Positions 25,091-38,891 of a DNA stretch of 64,000 nucleotides are shown one piece after another. Position numbers and translations under genes: made by a program. The notes beneath the pieces are model-generated. The model was not told the origin of the DNA. It did not search any database and saw only the letters and a program-made list of their open reading frames with translations. Origin of the DNA: Eledone cirrhosa (Eukaryota); contig OZ024747.1 of the NCBI GenBank assembly GCA_964016885.1, positions 8,866,001 to 8,930,000 of the forward strand, given 5' to 3'. Position 1 is the first letter of the stretch, and the number at the start of each line of letters is the position of its first letter.

Positions 25091-28000
25091 ACACTGTTGA
25101 TGTGGATATAGATGGTTCAGATTGTAGACCAGTACAAGTCTGGGATGCCATTGACAGTAATATGCTCTAGTAGGGAAAATGGACGTTAAATGATGATGAA
25201 GTATTATTTGGTAATAAATCTTTTTTCAGGAACTTCAGTAACATTACTTTTGATTTTAACGTAAAGAGTATTTTTTTTTTACATTTATATTCCAGCTAAA
25301 ATAATATGAATTCTAGTTATAAATCATGCCATACCCATCTCAATGCCTGTAGAAGTTGAAGTTGACATTAAATGATTAGGGTGTGTATATATGAACTTGC
25401 GTAAATGAGCGAGAGCAACCTATGGACTTTAAATAGATAGCATTGAAAGCTGCCCTCTCAGAAAAAAAACAAAGATTTGAACCATTGTTCAATAAAGGTT
25501 TTACTGAATATGAAACAATGCCGCCAGAACTTACAAAAAAAAAGAAAAGAAAAGAAAACCAAAATAGGATTGAAATAATAGTATACTTTGTGTCATTTAA
25601 TTAGAAAAAAAGAAAAGAAAAACAATGTATGGAATAGTTTGTATACGGAACTTACGTTCCTCGGCACCGTTCTAGAATTATTCCGGCATCTTTCGGAAAC
25701 ATTAAAAATCCATTGGAGGTTTGTGTCACTTTGATACATAAGCGTGGGTGTATGTATGTTTATATATATAGAGAGAGATGTGTGCATGTGCTTGTATATG
25801 TATATATATATATATATATATAATTATTTGAACAGAATATCTCCCCACCATCGAAGCTTAATGTAATTTATTTATCTTAATAATTGATCCCTTCCTTTTA
25901 TAAAAGTGATCAAGTTGAGTATTTGTTCTTCTTGGCCATTTACCGATTGTAATATTGAGATAACATCATCGATCATCATCATCTTGGTACGGCCAGATCT
26001 TGTTGTTGTTGATAGTGTGGGCGTTGTTAATGTTGATGTTATGACCAGCCATGTTATTGTTGTTGATAGTCCTATGAGGTTCTCGTTCTTGTTGTTTTGG
26101 CTGTCCAACCACCATCGACCAGTTCTATGATCAAAAGCATTCCAGTCATCACTATCGCATTTTTATTTTAAGAAGTATCTAGGATTACAATATTTAATGC
26201 GTCTCCTTCCCTTAAGACGGTGGTAGGTGTAATTTGAGGGAGGTTTAGCTTGCTATTTCTAGCAGATCGGGCTACCATGTAGAGGTTCTCGTGTTGTATA
26301 TATTGTCCGAGTTATTTAGCTTTACTAAACAAACCCCTGTTTGTCTGGTACAACTAAAGAACAAACAAACATCTATGCCATACCTTTTTTTTTTTTAGAG
26401 GCAAATACATTTCTTAATTAAGTTTTAAATATATACATAAATAACATTACAAATTGCTCGCAATCGTTTTAGAATGAAAATATAAACACAATAAATAGGA
26501 TTAACTATTGCTAGGAACCTTATAAATAGAACATCAAAATATATGACTAAAGCGAGAGAAAGAAAAAAGGAAAGAGGAGGGGGACAAAAACCAAACAAAA
26601 ACAACGACAGTCGGCTGTACATTATAATAACAATGTTTTTATTTTAGTCGTGTTTGGGACCATTCTGAACTTGCTGCATTGTTTAGTTGAATGGGACAAA
26701 CGTAGATGATGTATGGTAGTTCGGATATATCCTACTGTAATTGCTGTACAGTTTCACTTAACGAACCAGTGAGAGGGATCGCTCGACCTGCTAGAAACAA
26801 CAGGCACATGTTCCTCAATACATTACTTTTAAGATAATAATTATAATGGCACAAGGCCAACAATTTTGGAGAAGAGGGGAAAGTAGATTAAATCAATCTC
26901 AGTGAATTACTGGTACTTAATTTTATTGACCTCGTAAGGACGATAGGCAAAGCTAACCATAGCTGGGTTAGAAGTCAGCATGTAAAGGGCCGTAACTATA
27001 TGCCGCAAAACATGCTGTCTGACGCTCTGTCGACACTGCCAAATCCACAACTCTTTTAAATAATAATAATAATAATAACAAAAGAACACGGTACATTATG
27101 TATTCCGAGATAATGTCTGAAAAAAAGATGGTCACAGCTGGATGTCTTTGATCATAGCAGGCCCGTTGCTGGGTTTTGGTGCTCCAGATGAGAGGGGTCT
27201 CGGAATAAAAATATCACCGTAATTATTTCTAAATCTGAAGGTGCACCATTTAAAAGTAGGGGACATATGCCAGTCAATGTTCCCTTTCTCCACACATACT
27301 TATAGACCCACTTCAGTGATGGACATAGTCCACAGGAAGATTCCATCGGAGCTTGACCTGCAACTAAATGTCATCTACTTGATATCGTCTATCTTATGAA
27401 GCTATGCTGTGATTGCAACTGGAAGACAAAATAGATTTAGCCACTTAGTAGTGGAATTGTTTGACAGACGACACCAAATAATATTATAGAAGGCTGTCCA
27501 AGAGAAAATAATTGCTATAGCTATTTTTATTGTTATTGTTGTCTGACCAGATAATTAAAGACGTTTCAGTTCTCCCTGCCCCTCTTCTTGAACTACGTTA
27601 TTGATTGTCTTTCCTATTTTTTTTAATAGTGTTATGATGAGGAAGATTTGGCTGCTATTTTTTGCACATCAAGCAACCAGGTACAGGATTTATTGTTGAC
27701 TCGTAGCTTTTGTGTATATGTGTGTGTATGTATGTATACCAGTATGTGTTGCTAACGTTTATAAGTTGAAAATGCCATATTTTTCTCAAACAGATCAAGC
27801 AACCATATAGATGCTCCTTGTAGTCTCAGATGTTACGTAGGTTTGAATTAACTGCAGTCATAATATATAACCACTAAACATGTTTAGTGAGGGCATTTTT
27901 AGTTCTTTATATAAATGAATGTTATTGTTTGTGAGAGTTGCTCTGGGTCAGCCGTAATCATACTGTCTATAATATTTATCAGACAGTGCATCTTGGAGTA

Positions 28001-28564
28001 CATTAATTTAATGATTCCTTTCTTTTTTTATGACGATAGGATGAGATTTTATGATAGATTGGCTGCTATTTCTAGCAGATCCAGTGACAACTACGGCCGG
28101 ACGCCCTTCCCAACATCAACCACTTTACATCACCACTGTTTAATGTCTATTTTCCATGCCAGAGTAGTCAGGTGACTAAGTCCTGCCAGTACGCTTTGTT
28201 TTGGCTTGGTTTCTACAGCTGGATACTATTCCTAACACAAACCACTTTACATCGTGTAAATGGTACCTACAGCTGATGCCCTTCCTAACCCCCACCACTT
28301 TATATCATGTACTGGGAGTATTTTACTGTGACTCTGGCACTACCACCTTGCATGGTGCTTTTCAATGTGACACCAGCACTACCACTTTATAGAATGTGTT
28401 GGGTATTTAGTTTATGGCTCCAGTACTATCTAATTACCACAATAGTATGCTCAGTGTACTTGGGAAGCATTGGTGGTGTTGGGACCGAGGTACAAACATT
28501 GTATTCCTGGAGGGAATACAGTAGTGGAGGCTTTGGAACATGTGGATGGTGTCTGACCTTTTGT

Positions 28565-28726
28565 GGGTTGATGCTAGTGCTGTGAAATCCTGCATGCATT
28601 AATTTCAACACTTTTTTAAATAACTGCATTGTTTCTTTCCAGGGACTATGTTGAAAAATAAACCTCATTTGGTCATTCCATGAGAGTATCTTGGTCAGCC
28701 AATGAACTCTTCAGCCGACCCTTGTA
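28565..28726 (+). mobile_element. mariner-derived deletion derivative
   Basis: Retains the transposase end GGGACTATGTTGAAAAATAA (GDYVEK*) and the right TIR ...GAACTCTTCAGCCGACCCTTGTA. Confidence 0.7.
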
Positions 28727-28843
28727 TGTGTGCATGCATAGAATATATTAGAAGCTCTAAGATATATCTAATGTTATATCTACATTAAATTTATCTTAGA
28801 TCTTTTTATATATGGTGTGATGCACACAGATTTTTATTGTTAA

Positions 28844-29077
28844 CCCTTTTGATACCAACCCAACCAAAACTGGCTCTGGTTCTATGAAACAAAACTACCC
28901 ATTTTAAAAGGTTCGTATTTATATTAAAATCTTCTAACATAATAATACATAAGAACCATATGTTAAGTTACAATCTTAATAATGAAATAATTAATGATTT
29001 TAGTAAATCTCACTCAAAATTCTTTGTTAGTTAATTGAAAAATAGTGTATTTCATTAGAGATACTCTCACAAAGAGG
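28844..29077. mobile_element. piggyBac-like MITE (same family as 6311-6530, opposite orientation)
   Basis: TTAA|CCCTTTTGATACC ... CAAAGAGG|TTAA. Confidence 0.7.
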
Positions 29078-29390
29078 TTAAATTAATTCTGTTGACAAAC
29101 AAATGTATGTTATGTGGATTAGACAGGCTGCAGAACCATAAAGATAATTGCCTTCCAAAGAATTGACAACATAAAGGCAATCTCTTATGTTTTTCTGTGT
29201 ATAGAGTGAACAACAAAAAGTGTGTTTACGTTTATTTATTTTCATAATGGAGCTTATAATTTAAATACTCTAGTCATAGCAACATTAAGTTTATGTTTCA
29301 TCTTCTAATACACATAGTGTTGTGTGTAAATATTTATTATTAAATAATATTATATATTCATATATTTTATGTTTATATTGTTTTGGACAG

Positions 29391-29482
29391 AAAACAGGCT
29401 TTGTGAGAAGTTGCTGACTATTTCTGTTGTTTCATTTGAATTTCAACGATTTGAAATGGAGTTATTCCAAAGGAGTTACAAG
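29391..29482 (+). other. Candidate non-coding 5' exon of the 30118 ZNF gene
   Basis: Bounded by TTGTTTTGGACAG (ends 29390) and a strong donor AAG|GTAAGG (intron starts 29483), about 550 bp upstream of the coding-exon acceptor. Confidence 0.4.
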
Positions 29483-30117
29483 GTAAGGTTTAAATAATAA
29501 ATAATACAATATTGTGAACACTTCATATTCTTAGTCTTGATATTATTTTTACAGCAGTTTCATGTCAGTCTCTACTGCATTACTAGTTGTACCTCCTAGG
29601 TGTGGGTAGGATTGTATTTTGGAGGTGTAGTATTGTGTTTGTATACTTCATCTGTTTTGACTTGTGAGAATTATTATAAGATGAATAGGATGGTGGATTG
29701 GCAGAATTGTTATCAGATGTAAGGCTTTGTGGTATTTCTTCTCTCTTTACATTCTGAGTTACAAACCTCTGTGCTAAAAGGGATAAGCTTTATTTTCATT
29801 TGTTGATTGTTAACATCTATGTTTCATGTACAAATAGATAAAATAAATAATAATAATTATAGTAATAATAATAATAATGCTGTTTGTTAATAATAATAAT
29901 AATTGTTTCTACTTTAGGCACAAGGCCAGCAATTACCCAGTTCATTACTGGTACTTTATTTTATCGACCCCGTAAGGATGAAAGGCAAAGTTAATAATAA
30001 TAATAATAATATGTTTTTTTCTTTTAACAGCTAACTGATAAACCAAAAGACAAAACCCTTTTCCACTGCAGTATTTGCAGCAAAATATTCTCACAAAATA
30101 TTTATTTAAAGCAACAC

Positions 30118-30972
30118 ATGAAGACCCATGATGAGGAGATGGGTCTAAAGAAAGATGTACCGAAGGAGAAACCTGTACATAAGTGTGAATTCTGTGAGAA
30201 GACATTTGATAGGAACAGCAGTTTGGTTTATCATAGGAGGTCACATACTGGAGAGAAACCTTTCGAATGTAACGTCTGTAACAAGATGTTCACTCAAAAG
30301 GGAAGCCTTAAAGTGCACATGAGAACTCACACTGGGGAAATGCCGTTCCACTGCCAAGTGTGTGAGAAAAACTTTTCCCAGGAATGCTCACTCCGAATAC
30401 ACATGCGTAGACACACTGGTGAGACACCTTACAGTTGTGAGTACTGTGATAAGGTATTTGCTCGAAAAGACTATTTAACTCTGCACACCAGAAGTCATAC
30501 TGGTGAAACACCATATCGTTGCGACACCTGTGAAAAGGTTTTCACTCGTAAAGAACATCTCAATACACACAAGCGAATCCATACGGGAGAGAGACCATTT
30601 AACTGTAAATTCTGTGGCTACTGTTTTGCTGATGTTCGAACATTGAAACATCATATACGGATACATACAGGAGAAAAACCATACCGATGTGAGATCTGTG
30701 GAAAAGCATGCTCTAGGAAATACAGCATGACCATACACATGCGAACTCATACAAGGGCCACAAAAATTGAATGTGAAATTTGCAAGAAGATTTTCTCTCG
30801 TAAGAACAGCTTAAATGTCCACATGAAATCCCACACTGATGTAATGACACACCAGTGTCAGATTTGCAGTGAGGAGTTCTGGAGTAAAGAAAATCTTGCT
30901 CTTCATGTGCAGAATCATTGTGAAAACAAATCGTATGAAAATGTGCAAGAAGGTTTCCTTTCTTGTAAGTGA
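30118..30972 (+). CDS. C2H2 zinc-finger protein, 9 tandem fingers
   Basis: Intact 284-aa ORF with TGEKP/TGETP/TGERP linkers. An acceptor-like TTTTCTTTTAACAG ends at 30030. Confidence 0.95.
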   Translation: MKTHDEEMGLKKDVPKEKPVHKCEFCEKTFDRNSSLVYHRRSHTGEKPFECNVCNKMFTQKGSLKVHMRTHTGEMPFHCQVCEKNFSQECSLRIHMRRHTGETPYSCEYCDKVFARKDYLTLHTRSHTGETPYRCDTCEKVFTRKEHLNTHKRIHTGERPFNCKFCGYCFADVRTLKHHIRIHTGEKPYRCEICGKACSRKYSMTIHMRTHTRATKIECEICKKIFSRKNSLNVHMKSHTDVMTHQCQICSEEFWSKENLALHVQNHCENKSYENVQEGFLSCK

Positions 30973-31079
30973 CCAGAATATTCTAATATTCTACAAGATA
31001 ACTGGATTATTGCTGAACAATGACAGCTGCCAAACTTGTCAAAACAACTACAACAAAAAACTAACTTTTTATAAATTCC

Positions 31080-31099
31080 ATATACATGTATATGTGCAT

Positions 31100-31162
<63 letters not shown>

Positions 31163-31986
31163 TATATATATATATATATATGTGCATATATATACATATA
31201 TCCATATATATATATATATCCATATATATATATATATATATATATATCCATATATATATATATATATATATATATCCATATATATATATATATATCCATA
31301 TATATATATATATATCCATATATATATATATATATCCATATATATATATATATCCATATATATATATATATATATCCATATATATATATATATATATATA
31401 TCCATATATATATATATATATATCCATATATATATATATATATATCCATATATATATATATATATCCATATATATATATATATCCATATATATATATATA
31501 TATATATATCCATATATATATATATATATCCATATATATATATATATATCCATATATATATATATATATCCATATATATATATATATATCCATATATATA
31601 TATATGTGCATATATATATATCCATATATGTGCATATATATATATCCATATATGTGCATATATATATATCCATATATGTGCATATATATATATCCATATA
31701 TGTGCATATATATATATATATATGTGCATATATATATATATATATGTGCATATATATATATATATGTGCATATATATATATATATATGTGCATATATATA
31801 TATATATATGTGCATATATATATATATATATGTGCATATATATATATATATGTGCATATATATATATATATGAGCATATATATATATATATGAGCATATA
31901 AATATATGTGCATATATATATATATGTGCATATATATATATATGTGCATATATATATATATGCATATATATATATATATATATATG

Positions 31987-32051
<65 letters not shown>

Positions 32052-32074
32052 GTGCATATATATATATATATATA

Positions 32075-32105
<31 letters not shown>

Positions 32106-32150
32106 GTGCATATATATATATATATATATATATGCATACGTATACATGCA
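31080..32150. repeat. Interrupted (TA)n array (TCCA-interrupted 5' half, GTGCA-interrupted 3' half)
   Basis: Directly visible. Confidence 0.95.
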
Positions 32151-32389
32151 TAGTAGTGATTGACCAGAACTGTAGCAACCTGAAGACTCCATATATATTG
32201 AGCTCTTCCTTGAGTTAGAGATAAGTATCACTATTATCATCGATCAGTTACATACTGGTCGCGTTTTATAGACTCCATCTATAATTATGAGAAGTTAGTA
32301 TCGCCCTGTTTTGATGTGAACTCTTTAACTTCTAGTCTCATCAAATATTATACTCCACAACAGAACTACCGTCCTTACGATGAAACCCA

Positions 32390-32755
32390 CATGCATATAT
32401 AACACATATGCATATACATAAATGCATTTTCATATACTCACACATAACATACACACTCAAGCATATTTATTATTATATAAACACACATGCACATATGCAT
32501 ATACATAAATACATTTTCACATCCACACTCAAGCATATTTATCATTATATACACACACATATACATAAACACATTTTCTCATACATACATACACACTCAA
32601 GCATATTTATTATTATATATACACACACATACACATATGCATAAATACATTTTCATATTCACTCAAGCATATTTATCATTATATACACATGCATATACAT
32701 AAATACATTTTCTCATACACAAGCATATTTATCATTATATACACACATACACATT
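32390..32755. repeat. Degenerate about 60-75-bp tandem repeat
   Basis: About 5 recurrences of CATAAATACATTTTC...CTCAAGCATATTTATCATTATATACAC. Confidence 0.8.
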
Positions 32756-32880
32756 GATACTTGTTTCCTGCCATTTCATTGTATTTAGGCAACAATTCAG
32801 AAGATCAAGTTGTAAGATGGGTGACTATTTATTTTCCTTTGTGAAATATTTGTTGTTTTATCTGGGAGTTATTTTAGACT

Positions 32881-33320
32881 AATCTAATGTTAAGTCTACA
32901 ATCTCACATCTAACAAACTATTCTTCGGTGTGAATCTAATGTTAAGTCTACAATCTCACATCTAACAAACTATTCTTCGGTGTGAATCTAATGTTAAGTC
33001 TACTATGTCACATCTAACAAACTATTCTTCGGTGTGAATCTAATGTTAAGTCTACTATGTCACATCTAACAAACTATTCTTCGGTGTGAATCTAATGTTA
33101 AGTCTACTATGTCACATCTAACAAACTATTCTTCGGTGTGAATCTAATGTTAAGTCTACTATGTCACATCTAACAAACTATTCTTCGGTGTGAATCTAAT
33201 GTTAAGTCTACTATGTCACATCTAACAAACTATTCTTCGGTGTGAATCTAATGTTAAGTCTACTATTCTTCGGTGTGAATCTAATGTTAAGTCTACTATG
33301 TTACATCTAACAAACTATTC
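32881..33320. repeat. 52-bp minisatellite, about 8.5 copies
   Basis: AATCTAATGTTAAGTCTACTATGTCACATCTAACAAACTATTCTTCGGTGTG with period 52. One unit carries a 19-bp deletion. Confidence 0.95.
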
Positions 33321-34477
33321 ATTCATAGCCTGAGTTAGTTCTTATTTAGACTTGCTTCTTTTCTAGAGGGTTTGTAACTCCAGTTATTTTTTAAAGACTC
33401 GACAATGGTCGGTAGTTAGGATTCTTCTTGGAGGGTAGTAAATCTAAATAGTAATAAGTCGGATTGTGTTGACCTATCAAACCTATCCTGGCATGAACAG
33501 AAAAACAAAACATTATTATTATCCCGCCGAGGTTGACTTTGCCTTTCATCCTTACGGGGTCGATAAAATAAAGTACCAGTAATACACTGGGTAATTGCTG
33601 GCCTTGTGCCTAAAGTAGAGACAATTATTATCATTATTGTTTAATATCCTCTTTCTCTGCTAGCAAGGGTTGGACGAAAACTAAAACCCTCAAAGCTACA
33701 ACAAATGCTGTATCTCATGTCTAATGATCTTTCATAGTAAGCTCATATAATCATTTTATGCCTGCTTTCCCTGCTGGCATGGATTGGTTGAATTGTTGCA
33801 CTCCAAGACAGAACAGGTAGGATAATCATGCCTTGCTCATACATTCCTTATTTTGGCAGGGTTTTTATGGCTTGATAGCCTTCCTAATGTCAAATACTTC
33901 ACAGTGTGTGCCAGGCCCGTTTACAGAATGTACTGGGTGCACTACACTAGAGAGGTTATCATGTAGTTAGCAAGACTGAAGAGTCCTCTCAACCTTATAT
34001 TGATCACTAACCACATAACAGAGTATTGGATGCATCATGGCACCAACATTAGAAAGGTTGTTGATTCTTTGACAAGAATAATGGATCCTCTGTATTATAT
34101 GTTGTCTCTGTTCATCAACTACTTTTCATCCAACCACCTCTCTCTCTCTCCGTAATCTACTTTTTCCTGATGAAGGACTAATGCCCGATACACTGAAACA
34201 TTCGTTTTCCTTTTTTATAGAGCGTGAAACTAAAATAATTTGTGTCATCATCATCATTGTTTAACGCCCATTTTTTTCATGCTTGCATGGCTAAGACATG
34301 TCATCCACGCCATACCTTGCTCTGACGGGACTGTAAATTTGGCCGGGGTTTTTACAGCTGGGTGCCCTTCCTAACACCAACTACATTTACAATGTGGGAC
34401 TGGATGGACTATGAGGCGAGACAGGCCAGTTGGCCATGCCGTACCCTTCTCACAACAGAACCACGACCATATATAAT

Positions 34478-34645
34478 TGTTTCTACGTTTGGCACAAGGC
34501 CAGCAATTACCCAGTGCATTACTGGTACTTTATTTTATCGACCCCCGTAAGGATGAAAGGCAAAGTTAACCTCGGCGGAATTTGAACTCAGAATGGCAAG
34601 GGTCGTAACTCTATACGTCAAATATGGCGTCCGACCCTCTACCAT
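34478..34645 (-). mobile_element. SINE family B, well-preserved copy
   Basis: GGCACAAGGCCAGCAATTACCCAGT..ACTGGTACTTTATTTTATCGACCCC..GGATGAAAGGCAAAGTTAACCTCGGCGGAATTTGAACTCAGAA, with a near-identical copy at 58530-58700. Confidence 0.75.
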
Positions 34646-34816
34646 ATATAATGTCACATGCATAGCTAATCAGATGCACATCTACCATGGTAGATGCACA
34701 GGAGTAGTCAACAGTAAAGATTCTCAAGAGATAAACTTTTAGAAGGTTTACTGGAAGAGGTAGAAAGCTTTTGCAAGCAAACAAATCTCATTAGTAGTGG
34801 AAGTGGATGTACTGAA

Positions 34817-35415
34817 TCATCATCATCATCACCGTTTTACGTCCGTTCTTCCACGCTAGCATGGGTTAGACGGGTTGTCCTGTTGTGGGCAGTGGCTGGT
34901 CGGCTGACCATGCCTTGCTCATACAGAAACTGATTTGGCTTGATTTCTACAGCTGGATGCCCTTCCTAACACCAACCTCATTTACAGTGAGTGCTGGGTG
35001 CTTTTTCGTGGCGCCTACACGTCCACTTTACAGTGTGGGCTGGGTGCTTTTTTGCCGTGGCACCTCCACGACCACCTTGCAGTGGGGGGAGTGGGGGCAT
35101 ATTGTTTATATGCTTCAGCTTGTACCCATGGGAGGTCGGGTACTCTGTATTACTGCGTGACGCCAGAGGTCACGGTCGTGTGTCATCGCCTTTGAGAGGT
35201 GTAATTGGGTAAGGTCGGCTTTTATCACCTCATCCCAGGTCATCTTGGGTCTCCCCACTCCGTGGTTTCCATCGACTTCTAGTGCTCTGCACATTTTTAT
35301 GCAGCTGTCATCCTTCATACACATCACATGTCCATACCAGCGCAACCGCCTCTCCTGCACACAGCATTTGATTCCTCTTATGCTCAGTCTCTCCCTCAAT
35401 TCCTTTATGCTTTGT
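34817..35415 (-). mobile_element. RTE-BovB-like LINE 3' fragment with 3'UTR and (GAT)n tail
   Basis: ORF 35115-35399 (VQERRLRWYGHV...GRPKMTWDEVIKADL...DRDLWR). The minus-strand 3' end reads GCTAGCGTGGAAGAACGGACGTAAAACGGTGATGATGATG. Confidence 0.85.
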
Positions 35416-35705
35416 CGTTCGCGTATATATAATATATACAGAAACAGTTGTGTGTGAGCAAGACATGATCACCTGACCTGACTTGTCTCACGTTAGCATG
35501 GAAAAATGGATGTTAAACGATGATATACGTGTATGTCCATTTCCATGTACTACTGAGAGAAGAACAAATACATGTAATAGAGCTTATTCATACACAAATT
35601 ATATTTCCATTACACCTTCTTCCTGAGAGGGTCATTGGGGGGCAGAATCCTCAAACACTCCTTCCAGCAGGTCCTGTCAGAAGCAACCATCTCCAACTGA
35701 TCTGG

Positions 35706-35950
35706 CTGGATCCCTAAATGAGATCATCCATCTATTATGCCTGGATCCCTAAATGAGATCATCCATCTATTATGCCTGGATCCCTAAATGAGATCATCCA
35801 TCTATTATGCCTGGATCCCTAAATGAGATCATCCATCTATTATGCCTGGATCCCTAAGTGAGATCATCCATCTATTATGCCTGGATCCCTAAGTGAGATC
35901 ATCCATCTATTATGCCTGGATCCCTAAGTGAGATCATCCATCTATTATGC
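35706..35950. repeat. 35-bp minisatellite, 7 copies
   Basis: CTGGATCCCTAA(A/G)TGAGATCATCCATCTATTATGC with period 35. Confidence 0.95.
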
Positions 35951-36219
35951 CCCACTGAAAAGATCTTTTGGCTGTTGCTTCTCAGGACTTGGATGATGAT
36001 AAAGATAAATAATAATTGTTTCTACTTTTGGCACAAGGCCAGCAATTACCCAGTAACAGCAACCCATCCAACCCATGCCAGCATGGAAAACATGTAAAAT
36101 GGTAATGAAGAAGAATAAGAAAAGTTTAGTGACACAGTTGATTAACAAATAAAGGATTTATTCAGAGATCCTCTTCCTACAACAGACATCACAACAACTG
36201 AAGGAACAGATTACAAATG

Positions 36220-37920
36220 TTAATCCTTTTGATATCAACCCACTTAAAACAACGTCTGGATTCTATGAAACAGAACCACACATTTTAAAGGTTTCCAATT
36301 TAAATTAACATCATTGAACATAATTCCATATAAGACACTTTTGTTAAGTTATTTTGCAAATACCATCTTAATAATGAAATAATTAATAATTTTAGTAAAT
36401 CCTTTCAAATTTTTCATTAATTAAATATTGTATATTTCATTAGAAATACATTGTATTTCTAATGAAATAAGTAAAAAAAAGTCAAGTACATATTTCAATA
36501 GGTTTCCATACAATTTCAATCCCGTCTTGGGTCAACTTGAGGCTATAGCATAGTAAGGGGGCAATTGTGTGGAAAAATTCATTTAATCCTTTGATAAGAA
36601 GCCACTTCTTGTTCTATGATGCTAAGCTGTATATTTTAAAGAGTTTATATTATCTAAAAACCTTCCCTCATAATTTTATGTAAGAACCTTGTTATGTTAT
36701 GTTCCAAACGCCGCTTTAATAATGAAGAAAATACTTATATTACAAAATCCCTCCAAATTCTTGATCATTAAAAAAATTAATTGAAGATCATAGGCAGTGT
36801 CTTTCATTAGCAATATGATAACAAAAGAGTTAAATAAAAGGTGTCTTTAGTATTGAAAAGGTTGGGAAACATTTCAGTTCAATTCCTGTTGAAGTCAATT
36901 TTGTATTTCATCTGTCCAGAGTCAAGTTTACAATCAGGTCACATAATTGGTTCAACCAATAAATAGTCCAACTTTTGCATCAATGTAAGAAATCATTGTT
37001 ATTGTGAATATTGTTAGTAGATTCTGGTGAATCAACAGAGTCATTAGTGTGTCAGATTAAATGACACAGTGTTTGTTCCAGCTCATTGTGTTCTGAGTTC
37101 AAATCCCAGTCAGGTTAACATTGACTTGCATCCTTTTAGGGGTCAATAAATTGATAAAATTGTTAGAGTTGGATGGGATGCTTTACAGTATCTGATCCAG
37201 CTCTGCATATTCTGAGATCAAAATCAACCTCGTTCAGCCAGCTATAGATACATTATATCCTGGGTCTGATCTGGTGGTTGTTTCTTTTCTTTTCTTTGTA
37301 ATTTTACAGTGAGAAAATAACATGAAAATAAAATGAAGATGCAAAGATTGATTCTGTCTTATTTATTAAATCTTGTAGAACATCAGCATCTCTAGATGAA
37401 CATTTTGTATAAGTTTCATGCAACAATAAATATTTGTATGTATAAGAGCCTTGAAATTACTACAAAATCTTTGTTAGTTAAGGATACATGTTTTTTTCAC
37501 TCTACAAGTATGTGTATTTGTATGTGTGTGTGTGTGTGTGTGTGAACATGCGCATTTGTGATCAACCTTTATGATTCCAAACAGTCAGAAACCACTCTTA
37601 ACAATAATTTCATGTAAGAACATTTCCTAAGTTATATTACTAAATCCCTCCAAATTCTTGATTATTTTGAAAATTATTTGAAAACAATAAGCTGTGTCTT
37701 TAGTTTAAAATATAGTAACAAAATAGTTAAAGCGTTTATATTTATTTAAACACTTTCCATGATTAATTTTATGTGTGATCCTTTATGTTCCAAACACCAA
37801 CTTAATAATGAGAAAGTTAGTTATATTATTAAATCTTTCAATATCCTTGATTATGATCAAAATTATTTGAAAACCATAGTTTAGTGTCTTTCATTAAGAA
37901 TATGGTGACGGAAGATGAAA
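36220..37920. mobile_element. Local cluster of about 4 degenerate copies of the TTAA-MITE, interleaved with SINE fragments
   Basis: Recurrent TTAATCCTTT(T)GAT starts (36220, about 36583) and a shared internal CTTAATAATGAAA...AAATCCCTCCAAATTCTTGAT motif, including at about 37580-37730 and 37750-37920. Confidence 0.6.
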
Positions 37921-38891
37921 TCAATTATTCAATTTGGTTTATTACGTGTTACTAGAAACAATTTGGCACAGATCAACATAGAGAATGTGTAAGGTATACA
38001 CCAGGAAAACTATGTTAGACTGACATAGTCTTATGTTCTGGATGAAATAGTTGATGTTGTCATGTGTTGCTGCCACTTTACAGAAGGTAGAGTCAATGGA
38101 GTTGATGTTGGCAGTAATGCCAGAATGTAAGCCGTAATAAAAAAAACAAAGATAAAACTAGAATACAGTTGTGTTTTTAATCCACCACCCAGACCACCAT
38201 TGTTCAACTACAGTAACAGACAGAGATAATCCCCTATTACTTATTGCAGCTTTCATAATTATTTGTGATCCCAAGCTCAGGTGATTATCCCTGGCCCTTG
38301 GTGGGATTTGAATCCGCAGGTGGAATTTTTTCACTCAGAATAAAGACCATAAGATGTTCTAATATTTTTACCAATCCACTGCCCTGGACTAGTTAAGTAT
38401 ATCTTAATAAAGGTTCCTAAATAAAATTATGATAAATATAAACACCTTTCGGGCGACAGATCTCTTAAAAAGGGTCTAATGATGGTGCCCCAGCATGGCT
38501 TCAGCCTGTCAACTGGAACATGTAATAGAGTAAAAGAAGAGGTTTGGGGTAGTTTGGTATCAAAAGGATTAAGAAAACCACCCCTGATGACTTGGCAGTA
38601 TATTTTTAATGGAATGTCGTCACATGATTTGTACTTCTTCTGACTCGGTGTTCTCTGCATGAAAAGAAACATTGTTTTTTTGAGACAAATCTCCATGCAT
38701 GCATATTTATGTGTGGAGAAACTGCAGCACATAGTTGCTCCATTTATACAATGCAACAGTCAAATCTCCTTCAAATATTTGCCAACTGTCTCTGAAATGA
38801 GGGACCACATGCTGAAAGACATCATCTTACAGCAGGGAACAGGCAGAAATACTCAACAATAACATACATGTGTGCAAGCATAGGAAACAAT

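Noticed and set aside
30869-32240. Multiple long YI-repeat ORFs (similar ones at 47748-48349, 50755-51354 and 57087-57578)
   Set aside because: Microsatellite artefacts.
32881-33320. CRISPR-like appearance of regular repeats (also 35706-35950)
   Set aside because: Head-to-tail units with no unique spacers, no cas genes, and a eukaryotic context.
38427-38862. Cys-containing ORFs downstream of the minus-strand ZNF as extra fingers
   Set aside because: No CxxC...HxxxH spacing in the frames inspected.
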